NCBI RefSeq assembly: GCF_009914755.1
Contig: NC_060946.1
Direction: 5' to 3' (one strand)
Length of the DNA: 64,000 nucleotides
Source: the human T2T-CHM13v2.0 reference genome, Homo sapiens
Position 1 is the first letter of the stretch; the number at the start of each line of letters is the position of its first letter. Shown one piece after another: positions 16,201 to 30,900 of this stretch. The notes below the pieces were generated by a model. It was not told the DNA's origin. It saw nothing but the letters and a program-made list of their open reading frames with translations, and did not search any database. Position numbers and translations under genes: made by a program.

Positions 16201-18930
16201 TATAGATGATATACTGTACATAAAATATCAAAGTAGCCCAAATATATATTATACAGTGTACATGAAATATCAAAATTTACAAAATATATATTATATAATA
16301 TACATAAAATATCAAAGTACCCAAAGCAAGTATTATTTACTGTACATAAAAATGAAAGTACATCAAATATATATTTTATTCTGTACATAAAATATCAAAG
16401 TACACCAGATATATATTTTATAGTGTACATAAAATATCAAGGTACCCAAACTATACATTATACACTGTACATAAAATATGAAATTACATCAAATATATAT
16501 TATATTAGGTACATAAAATATGAAAGTACATCAAATATAGATTATATACTGTACATAAAATATAGAAGAACCCCAAATATATATTATATACTGTACATGA
16601 AATATCAAAATACACAAACTATATATTATATACTGTACATAAAATATCAAAGTACCCAAGGTATATATTATATACTGTACAAAAAATATCAAAGTACCCA
16701 AAGCATGTATTATATACTGTACATAAAAGATGAAAGTACATCAAATATATATTTTATTCTCTACATAAAATATCAAAGTACAACAGATATATATTTTATA
16801 GTTTACATAAAATATCAAAGTTCCCAAACTATACATTATATACTGTACATAAAATATGAAAGTACATGAAATATATATTATATTATTTACCTAAAATATG
16901 AAAGTACATCAAATATAGATTATTAACTGTACATAAAATATCAAAGTACCCCAAATATATATTATATACTGTACATGAAATATCAAAGTTCACAAACTAT
17001 ATATTATATACTGTAAGTAAAATATCAAAGTACCCAAGGTATATATTCTATACTGTACAAAAAATATCAAAGTACCCAAAGCATGTATTATATACTGTAC
17101 ATAAAATATGAAAGTACATCAAATATATATTTTATTCTGTACATAAAATATCAAAGTACACCAGATATATATTTTATAGTGTACATAAAATATCAAAGTA
17201 CCCAAACTATACATTATATACTGTACAAAAAATATGAAATTACATCAAATATATATTATATTAGGTACATAAAATATGAAAGTACATCTAGTATAGATTA
17301 TATACTGTACATAAAATATCAAAGTACCCCAAATATATATGATATACAGTACATGAAATATCAAAGTTCGCAAACTATATTTTATATACTGTAGATAAAA
17401 TATCAAAGTACCCAAGGTATATATTCTATACTGTACAAAAAATATCAAAGTACCCAAAGCATGTATTATATACTGTACATAAAATATGACAGTACATCAA
17501 ATATATATTTTATTCTGTACATAAAATATCAAAGTACACCAGATATATATTTAATAGTGTACATAAAATATCAAAGTACCCAAACTATACATTATATACT
17601 GTACATAAAATATGAAATTACATCAAATATATATTATATTAGGTACATAAAATATGAAAGTACATCAAATATAGATTATATACTGTACATAAAATATCAA
17701 AGTACCCCAAATATATATTATATATTGTACATGAAATATCAACGTTCGCAAACTATATATTATATACTGTACATAAAATATCAAAGTACCCAAGGTATAT
17801 ATTCTATACTGTACAAAAAATATCAAAGTACCCAAAGCATGTATTATATACTGTACATAAAATATGAAAGTACATCAAATATATATTTTATTCTGTACAT
17901 AAAATAACAAAGTATACCAGATATATATTTTATAGTGTACATAAAATATCAAAGTACCCAAACTATACATTACATACTGTACATAAAATATGAAATTACA
18001 TCAAATATATATTATATTAGGAACATAAAATATGAAAGTACATCAAATATAGATTATTAACTGTACATAAAATATCAAAGAACCCCAAATATATATTATA
18101 TACTGTACATGAAATATCAAACTTCACAAACTATATATTATATAATGTACATAAAATATCAAAGTACCCAAGGTATATATTCTATAGTGTACAAAAAATA
18201 TCAAGGTACCCAAAGCAAGTATTATATACTGTACATAAAATATGAAAGTACATCAAATATATATATTATTCTGTACATAAAATATCAAAGTACACCAGAT
18301 ATATATTTTATAGTGTACATAAAACATCAAGGTACACAAACTATACATTATATACTGTACATAAAATATGAAATTACATCAAATATATATTATATTGGGT
18401 ACATAAAATATGAAAGTACATCAAATATAGATTATTAACTGTACATAAAATATCAAAGAACCCCAAATATATATTATATACTGTACATGAAATATGAAAG
18501 TTCACAAACTATATATTATATACTGTACATAAAATATCAAGGTACCCAAGGTATATATTCTATACTGTACAAAAAATATCAAAGTACCCAAAGCATGTAT
18601 TATATACTGTACATAAAATATGAGAATACATCAAATATATATTTTATTCTGTACATAAAATATCAAAGTACACCAGATATATATTTTATAGTGTACATAA
18701 AATATCAAAGTACCCAAACTATACATTATATACTGTACATAAAATATGAAATTACATCAAATATATATTATATTAGGTATATAAAATATGAAAGTACATA
18801 AAATATAGATGATATACTGTACATAAAATATCAAAGTAGCCCAAATATATATTATACAGTGTACATGAAATATCAAAATTTACAAAATATATATTATATA
18901 ATGTACATAAAATATCAAAGTACCCAAAGC
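10221..18930 (+). repeat. HSat1A subfamily-B domain: no 373-bp units and a distinct SNV set
   Basis: Units carry ATTTTATAGTG, GATTATTAACTG, CAAAGAACCCC, ACTGTACATGA, AAAGATGAAAG and AGTTACCTAAA. I did not see the 5-bp deletion in this interval. Confidence 0.85.
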
Positions 18931-21900
18931 ATGTATTATATACAGTACATAAAATATGAAAGTACATCAAATATATATTTTATTCTGTACATAATATATC
19001 AAAGTACACCAGATATATATTCTATAGTGTACATAAAATAACAAAGTACACAAACTATAAATTATATACTGTACATAAAATATGAAATTACATCAAATAC
19101 ATATTAAGTACATAAAATATGAAAGTACATCAAATATAGATTATATACTGTACATAAAATATCAATGTACCCCAAATATATATTTTATACTCTACATGAA
19201 ATATCAAAGTTCACAAACCATATCTTATATACTGTACATAAAATATCAAAGTACCCAAGGTATATATTCTATACTGTACAAAAAATATCAAGGTACCCAA
19301 AGCATGTATTATATACTGTACATAAAATATGAAAGTACATCAAATATATATTTTATTCTGTACATAAAATATCAAACTACACCAGATATATATTCTATAG
19401 TGTACATAAAATATCAAAGTACCCAAACTATACATTATATACTGTACATAAAATATGAAATTACATCAAATATATTTTATATTAGGTACATAAAATATGA
19501 AAGTACATCAAATATAGATTATATACTGTACATTAAATACCAAAGTACCCCAAATATATATTTTATACTGTACATGAAATATCAAAGTTCACAAACTATA
19601 TATTATATACTGTACATATAATATCAAAGTACCCAAGGTATATATTCTATACTGTACAAAAAATAACAAAGTACCAAAAGCATGTATTATATACTGTACC
19701 TAAAATATGAAATTACCTCAAATATATATTTTATTCTGTACATAAAATATCAAAGTACACCAGATATATATTCCATAGTGTACATAAAATATCAAAGTAC
19801 CCAAACTATACATTATATACTGTACATAAAATATGAAATTACATCAAATATATATGATATTAGGTACATAAAATATGAAAGTACATCAAATATAGATTAT
19901 ATACTGTACATAAAATATCAAAGTACCCCAAATATATATTATATACTCTACAGGAAATATCAAAGTTCACACACTATATATTATATACTGTACATAAAAT
20001 ATCAAAGTACCCATGGTATATATTCTATACTGTACAAAAAATATCAATGTACCCAAAGCATGTATTATATACTGTATATAAAATATGAAAGTACATCAAA
20101 TATATATTTTATTCTGTACATAAAATATCAAAGTACACCAGATATATATTCTATAGTGTACATAAAATAACAAAGTACACAATCTATAAATTATATACTG
20201 TACATAAAATATGAAATAACATCAAATATATATTAGGTACATAAAATATGAAAGTACATCAAATATAGATTATATACTGTACATATAATATCAACGTACC
20301 CCAAATATATATTTTATACTCTACATGAAATATCAAAGTTCACAAAACATATATTATATACTGTACAAAAAATATCAAAGTACCCAAAGCATGTATTATA
20401 TACTGTACATAAAATATGAAAGTACATCAAATATATATTTTATTCTGTAAATAAAATATCAAAGTACACCAGATATATATTCTATAGTATACATAAAATA
20501 TCAAAGTACCCAAACTATACATTATATACTGTACATAAAATACGAAATTACATCAAATATATATTATATTAGGTACATAAAATATGAAAGTACATCAAAT
20601 ATAGATTATATACTGTACATAAAATATCAATGTACCCCAAATATATATTTTATACTCTACATGAAATATCAAAGTTCACAAACCATAGCTTATATACTGT
20701 ACATAAAATATCAAAGTACCCAAGGCATATATTCTATACTGTACAAAAAATATCAAAGTACCCAAAGCATGTATTATATACTGTACATAAAATATGAAAC
20801 TACATCAAATATATATTTTATTCTGTACATAAAATATCAAAGTACACCAGATATATATTCTATTGTGTACATAAAATAACAAAGTACACAAACTATAAAT
20901 TATATACTGTATATAAAATATGAAATTACATCAAATATATATTAGGTACATAAAATATGAAAGTACATCAAATATAGATTATATACTGTACATTAAATAC
21001 CAAAGTACCCCAAATATATATTTTATACTGTACATGAAATATCAAAGTTCACAAACTATATATTATATACTGTACATAAAATATCAAAGTACACAAGGTA
21101 TATATTCTATACTGTACAAAAAATATCAAAGTACCCAAAGCATGTATTATATACAGTACATAAAATATGAAAGTACATGAAATATATATTTTATTCTGTA
21201 CATAATATATCAAAGTACACCAGATATATATTCTATAGTGTACATAAAATAACAAAGTACACAAACTATAAATTATATACTGTACATAAAATATGAAATT
21301 ACATCAAATACATATTAAGTACATAAAATATGAAAGTACATCAAATATAGATTATATACTGTACATAAAATATCAATGTACCCCAAATATATATTTTATA
21401 CTCTACATGAAATATCAAAGTTCACAAACCATATCTTATATACTGTACATAAAATATCAAAGTACCCAAGGTATATATTCTATACTGTACAAAAAATATC
21501 AATGTACCCAAAGCATGTATTATATACTGTACATAAAATATGAAAGTACATCAAATATATATTTTATTCTGTAAATAAAATATCAAACTACACCAGATAT
21601 ATATTCTATAGTGTACATAAAATATCAAAGTACCCAAACTATACATTATATACTGTACATAAAATATGAAATTACATCAAATATATTTTATATTAGGTAC
21701 ATAAAATATGAAAGTACATCAAATATAGATTATATACTGTACATTAAATACCAAAGTACCCCAAATATATATTTTATACTGTACATGAAATATCAAAGTT
21801 CACAAACTATATATTATATACTCTACATGTAATATCAAAATACCCGAGGTATATATTCTATACTGTACAAAAAATAACAAAGTACCAAAAGCTTGTATTA

Positions 21901-24900
21901 TATACTGTACCTAAAATATGAAATTACCTCAAATATATATTTTATTCTGTACATAAAATATCAAAGTACACCAGATATATATTCTATAGTGTACATAAAA
22001 TATCAAAGTACCCAAACTATACATTATATACTGTACATAAAATATGAAATTACATCAAATATATATGATATTAGGTACATAAAATATGAAAGTACATCAA
22101 ATATAGATTATATACTGTACATAAAATATCAAAGTACCCCAAATATATATTATATACTCTACAGGAAATATCAAAGTTCACACACTATATATTATATACT
22201 GTACATAAAATATCAAAGTACCCATGGTATATATTCTATACTGTACAAAAAATATCAATGTACCCAAAGCATGTATTATATACTGTATATAAAATATGAA
22301 AGTACATCAAATATATATTTTATTCTGTACATAAAATATCAAAGTACACCAGATATATATTCTATAGTGTACATAAAATAACAAAGTACATAATCTATAA
22401 ATTATATACTGTACATAAAATATGAAATAACATCAAATATATATTAGGTACATAAAATATGAAAGTACATCAAATATAGATTATATACTGTACATATAAT
22501 ATCAACGTACCCCAAATATATATTTTATACTCTACATGAAATATCAAAGTTCACAAAACATATATACTGTACATAAAATATCAAAGTACCCAAGGTATAT
22601 ATTCTATACTGTACAAAAAATATCAAAGTACCCAAAGCATGTATTATATACTGTACATAAAATATGAAAGTACATCAAATATATATTTTATACTGTAAAT
22701 AAAATATCAAAGTACACCAGATATATATTCTATAGTATACATAAAATATCAAAGTACCCAAACTATACATTATATACTGTACATAAAATACGAAATTACA
22801 TCAAATATATATTATATTAGGTACATAAAATATGAAAGTACATCAAATATAGATTATATACTGTACATAAAATATCAATGTACCCCAAATATATATTTTA
22901 TACTCTACATGAAATATCAAAGTTCACAAACCATAGCTTATATACTGTACATAAAATATCAAAGTACCCAAGGCATATATTCTATACTGTACAAAAAATA
23001 TCAAAGTACCCAAAGCATGTATTATATACTGTACATATAATATGAAAGTACATCAAATATATATTTTATTCTGTACATAAAATATCAAAGTACACCAGAT
23101 ATATATTCTATAGTGTACATAAAATATCAAAGTACCCAAACTATACATTATATACTGTACATAAAATATGAAATTACATCAAATATATTTTATATTAGGT
23201 ACATAAAATATGAAAGTACATCAAATATAGATTATATACTGTACATTAAATACCAAAGTACCCCAAATATATATTTTATACTGTACATGAAATATCAAAG
23301 TTCACAAACTATATATTATATACTCTACATGTAATATCAAAATACCCGAGGTATATATTCTATACTGTACAAAAAATAACAAAGTACCAAAAGCTTGTAT
23401 TATATACTGTACCTAAAATATGAAATTACCTCAAATATATATTTTATTCTGTACATAAAATATCAAAGTACACCAGATATATATTCTATACTGTACATAA
23501 AATATCAAAGTACCGAAACTATACATTATATACTGTACATAAAATATGAAATTACATCAAATATATATGATATTAGGTACATAAAATATGAAAGTACATC
23601 AAATATAGATTATATACTGTACATAAAATATCAAAGTACCCCAAATATATATTATATACTCTACAGGAAATATCAAAGTTCACACACTATATATTATATA
23701 CTGTACATAAAATATCAAAGTACCCATGGTATATATTCTATACTGTACAAAAAATATCAATGTACCCAAAGCATGTATTATATACTGTATATAAAATATG
23801 AAAGTACATCAAATATATATTTTATTCTGTACATAAAATATCAAAGTACACCAGATATATATTCTATAGTGTACATAAAATAACAAAGTACACAATCTAT
23901 AAATTATATACTGTACATAAAATATGAAATAACATCAAATATATATTAGGTACATAAAATATGAAAGTACATCAAATATAGATTATATACTGTACATATA
24001 ATATCAACGTACCCCAAATATATATTTTATACTCTACATGAAATATCAAAGTTCACAAAACATATATTATATACTGTACATAAAATATCAAAGTACCCAA
24101 GGTATATATTCTATACTGTACAAAAAATATCAAAGTACCCAAAGCATGTATTATATACTGTACATAAAATATGAAAGTACATCAAATATATATTTTATTC
24201 TGTAAATAAAATATCAAAGTACACCAGATATATATTCTATAGTATACATAAAATATCAAAGTACCCAAACTATACATTATATACTGTACATAAAATACGA
24301 AATTACATCAAATATATATTATATTAGGTACATAAAATATGAAAGTACATCAAATATAGATTATATACTGTACATAAAATATCAATGTACCCCAAATATA
24401 TATTTTATACTCTACATGAAATATCAAAGTTCACAAACCATAGCTTATATACTGTACATAAAATATCAAAGTACCCAAGGCATATATTCTATACTGTACA
24501 AAAAATATCAAAGTACCCAAAGCATGTATTATATACTGTACATATAATATGAAAGTACATCAAATATATATTTTATTCTGTACATAAAATATCAAAGTAC
24601 ACCTGATATATATTCTATAGTGTACATAAAATATCAAAGTACCCAAACTATACATTATATACTGTACATAAAATATGAAATTACATCAAATATACTTTAT
24701 ATTAGGTACATAAAATATGAAAGTACATCAAATATAGATTATATACTGTACATTAAATACCAAAGTACCCCAAATATATATTTTATACTGTACATGAAAT
24801 ATCAAAGTTCACAAACTATATATTATATACTCTACATGTAACATCAAAGTACCCAAGGTATATATTCTATACTGTACAAAAAATAACAAAGTACCAAAAG

Positions 24901-27900
24901 CATGTATTATATACTGTACCTAAAATATGAAATTACATCAAATATATATTTTATTCTGTACATAAAATATCAAAGTACACCAGATATATATTCTATAGTG
25001 TACATAAAATATCACCGTACCCAAACTATACATTATATACTGTACATAACATATGAAATTACATCAAATATATATTAGGTACATAAAATATGAAAGTACA
25101 TCAAATATAGATTATATACTGTACATAAAATATCAAAGTACCCCAAATATATATTATATACTCTACATGAAATATCAAAGTTCACAAACTATATATTATA
25201 TACTGTACATAAAATATCAAAGTACCCAAGGTATATATTCTATACTGTACAAAAAATATCAAAGTACCCAAAGCATGTATTATATACTGTACATAAAATA
25301 TGAAAGTACATCAAATATATATTTTATTCTGTACATAAAATATCAAAGTACACCAGATATATATTCTATAGTGTACATAAAATAATAAAGTACACAAACT
25401 ATACATTATATACTGTACATAAAATATGAAATTACATCAAATATATATTAGGTACATAAAATATGAAAGTACATCAAATATAGATTATATACTTTACATA
25501 AAATATCAATGTACCCCAAATATATATTTTATACTCTTCATGAAATATCAAAGTTCACAAACCATATATCATATACTATCCATAAAATATCAAAGTACCC
25601 AAGGTATATATTCTATACTATACAAAAAATATCAAAGTACCCAAAGCATGTATTATATACTGTACATAAAATATGAAAGTACATCAAATATATATTTTAT
25701 TCTGTACATAAAATATCAAAGTACACCAGATATATATTCTATAGTGTACATAAAATATCAAAGTACCCAAACTATACATTATATACTGTACATAAAATAT
25801 GAGATTACATCAAATATATATTATATAAGGTACATAAAATATGAAAGTACATCAAATATAGATTATATACTGTACATAAAATATCAAAGTACCCCAAATA
25901 TATATTATATACTCTACAGGAAATATCAAAGTTCACACACTATATATTATATACTGTACATAAAATATCAAAGTACCCAAGGTATATATTCTATACTGTA
26001 CAAAAAATATCAAAGTACCCAAAGCATGTATTATATACTGTATATAAAATATGAAAGTACATCAAATATATATTTTATTCTGTACATAAAATATCAAAGT
26101 ACACCAGATATATATTCTATAGTGTACATAAAATAAGAAAGTACACAAACTATAAATTATATACTGTACATAAAATATGAAATTACATCAAATATATATT
26201 AGGTACATAAAATATGAAAGTACATCAAATATAGATTATATACTGTACATATATTATCAATGTACCCCAAATATGTATTTTATACTCTACATGAAATATC
26301 AGAGTTCACAAACCATATATTATATACTATACATAAAATATCAAAGTACCCAAGGTATATATTCTATACTGTACAAAAAATATCAAAGTACCCAAGGAAT
26401 ATATTCTATACTGTACAAAAAATATCAAAGTACCCAAAGCATGTATAATATACTGTACATAAATATGAAAGTACATCAAATATATATATTATTCTGTACA
26501 TAAAATATCAAAGTACACCAGATATATATTTCATAGTGTACATAAAATATCAAAGTACCCAAACTATACATTATATACTGTACATAAAATATGAAATTAC
26601 ATCAAATATATATTAGGTACATGAAATATGAAAGTACATCAAATATAGATTATATACTGTACATAAAATATCAAAGTACCCCAAATATATATTATATACT
26701 GTACATGAAATATCAAAGTTCACAAACCATATATTATATACTGTACATAAAATATCAAAGTAACCAAGGTATATATTCTATACTGTACAAAAAATATCAA
26801 AGTACCCAAAGCATGTATTATATACTGTACATAAAATATGAAACTACATCAAATATATATTTTATTCTGTACATAAAATATCAAAGTACACCAGATATAT
26901 ATTCTATAGTGTACATAAAATAACAAATTACACAAACCATAAATTATATACTGTATATAAAATATGAAATTACATCAAATATATATTAGGTACATAAAAT
27001 ATGAAAGTACATCAAATATAGATTATATACTGTACATTAAATACCAAAGTACCCCAAATATATATTTTATACTGTACATGAAATATCAAAGTTCACAAAC
27101 TATATATTATATACTGTACATAAAATATCAAAGTACCCAAGGTATATATTCTATACTGTACAAAAAATATCAAAGTACCCAAAGCATGTATTATATACTG
27201 TACATAAAATATGAAAGTACATCAAATATATATTTTATTCTGTACATAAAATATCAAAGTACACCAGATATATATTTTATAGTGTACATAAAATATCAAA
27301 GTACCGAAACTATACATTATATACTGTACATAAAATATGAAATTACATCAAATATATATTATATTATTTACCTAAAATATGAAAGTACATCAAATATAGA
27401 TTATATACTGTAAAGAAAATATCAAAGTACCCCAAATATATATTATATACTGTACATGAAATATCAAAGTTCACAAACTATATATTATATACTGTACCTA
27501 AAATATCAAAGTACCCAAGGTATATATTCTATACTGTACAAAAAATATCAAAGTACCCAAAGCATGTATTATATACTGTACATAAAATATGAAAGTACAT
27601 CAAATATATATTTTATTCTGTACATAAAATAACAAAGTACACCAGATATATATTTTATAGTGTACATAAAATATCAAAGTACCCAAACTATACATTACAT
27701 ACTCTACATAAAATATGAAATTACATCAAGTATATAGTATATTAGGAACATAAAATATGAAAGTACATCAAATATAGATTATTAACTGTACATAAAATAT
27801 CAAAGAACCCCAAATATATATTATATACTGTACATGAGATATCAAACTTCACAAACTATATATTATATACTGTACATAAAATATCAAAGTACCCAAGGTA

Positions 27901-30900
27901 TATATTCTATACTGTACAAAAAATAACAAAGTACCAAAAGCATGTATTATATACTGTACCTAAAATATGAAAGTACATCAAATATATATTTTATTCTGTA
28001 CATAAAATATCAAAGTACACCAGATATATATTCTATAGTGTACATAAAATATCAAAGTACACAAACTATACATTACATACTGTACATAAAATATGAAATT
28101 ACATCAAATATATATTATATTAGGTACATAAAATATGAAAGTACATGAAATATAGATTATATACTGTACATAAAATATCAAGGTACCCCAAATATATATT
28201 ATATACTCTACATGAAATATCAAAGTTCACAAACTATATATTATATACTGTACATATAATATCAAAGTACCCAAGGTATATATTCTATACTGTACAAAAA
28301 ATAACAAAGTACCAAAAGCATGTATTATATACTGTACCTAAAATATGAAAGTACATCAAATATATATTTTATTCTGTACATAAAATATCAAAGTACACCA
28401 GATATATATTCTATAGTGTACATAAAATATCAAAGTACCCAAACTATACATTATATACTGTAAATAAAATATGAAATTACATCAAATATATTTTATATTA
28501 GGTACATAAAATATGAAAGTACAGCAAATATAGATTATATACTGTACATTAAATACCAAAGTACCCCAAATATATATTTTATACTGTACATGAAATATCA
28601 AAATACACAAACTATATATTATATACTGTATATAAAATATCAAAGTACCCAAGGTATATATTCTATACTGTACAAAAAATAACAAAGTACCAAAAGCATG
28701 TATTATATACTGTACCTAAAATATGAAAGTACATCAAATATATATTTTATTCTGTACATAAAATATCAAAGTACACCAGATATATATTCTATAGTGTACA
28801 TAAAATATCAAAGTACCCAAACTATACATTACATACTGTACATAAAATATGAAATTACATCAAATATATATTATATTAGGTACATAAAATATGAAAGTAC
28901 ATGAAATATAGATTATATACTGTACATAAAATATCAAGGTACCCCAAATATATATTATATACTCTACATGAAATATCAAAGTTCACAAACTATATATTAT
29001 ATACTGTACATAAAATATCAAAGTACCCAAGGTATATATTCTATACTGTACAAAAAATATCAAAGTACCCAAAGCATGTATTATATACTGTATATAAAAT
29101 AAGAAAGTACATTAAATATATATTTTATTCTGTACATAAAATATCAAAGTACACCAGATATATATTCTATAGTGTACATAAAATAACAAAGTACACAAAC
29201 TATAAATTATATACTGTACATAAGATATGAAATTACATCAAATATATATTAGGTACATAAAATATGAAAGTACATCAAATATAGATTATATACTGAACAT
29301 ATAATATCAATGTACCCCAAATATATATTTGATACTCTACATGAAATATCAAATTTCAGAAACCATACATTATATATTGTACATAAAATATCAAAGTACC
29401 CAAGGTATATATTCTATACTGTACAAAAAATATCAAAGTACCCAAAGCATGTATTATATACTGTACATAATATATGAAAGTACATCAAATATATATTTTA
29501 TTCTGTACATAAAATATCAAAGTACACCAGATATATATTCTATAGTGTACATAAAATATCAAAGTACCCAAACTATACATTATATACTGTACATAAAATA
29601 TGAAATTACATCAAATATATATTAGGTACATAAAATATGAAAGTACATCAAATATAGATTATATACTGTACATAAAATATCAAAGTACCCCAAATATATA
29701 TTATATACTCTACATGAAATATCAAAGTTCACAAACTATATATTATATACTGTACATAAAATATCAAAGTACCCAAGGTATATATTCTATACTGTACACA
29801 AAATATCAAGGTACCCAAAGCATGTATTATATACTGTACATAAAATATGAAAGTACATCAAATATATATTTTATTCTGTACATAAAATATGAAAGTACAC
29901 CAGATATGTATTCTATAGTGTACATAAAATAACAAAGTACACAAACTATACATTATATACTGTACATAAAATATGAAATTACATCAAATATATATTAGGT
30001 ACATAAAATATGAAAGTACATCAAATATAGATTATATACTGTACATAAAATATCAAAGTACCCCAAATATATATTATATACTCTACATGAAATATCAAAG
30101 TTCCAAACTATATATTATATACTGTACATAAAATATCAAAGTACCCAAGGTATATATTCTATACTGTACAAAAAATATCAAAGTACCCAAAGCATGTATT
30201 ATATACTGTACATAAAATATGAAAGTACATCAAATATATATTTTATTCTGTACATAAAATATCAAAGTACACCAGATATATATTCTATAGTGTATATAAA
30301 ATATCAAAGTACCCAAACTATACATTATATACTGTACATAAAATATGAAATTACATCAAATATATATTATATTAGGTACATAAAATATGAAAGTACATGA
30401 AATATAGATTATATACTGTACATAAAATATCAAAGTACCCCAAATTTATATTATATACTATACATGAAATATCAAAGTTCACAAACTATATATTATATAC
30501 TGTACATAAAATATCAAAGTACACAAGGTATATATTCTATACTGTGCAAAAAATATCAATGTACTCAAAGCATGTATTATATACTGTATATAAAATATGA
30601 AAATACATCCAATATATATTTTATTCTGCACATAAAATATCAAAGTACACCAGATATATATTCTATAGTGTACATAAAATAACAAAGTACACAAACTATA
30701 AATTATATACTGTACATAAAATATGAAATTACATCAAATATATATTAGGTACATAAAATATGAATGTACATCAAATATGGATTATATACTGTACATATAA
30801 TATCAATATACCCCAAATATATATTTTATACTCTACATGAAATATCAAAGTTCACAAACCATACATTATATACTGTACATAAAATATCAAAGTACCCAAG

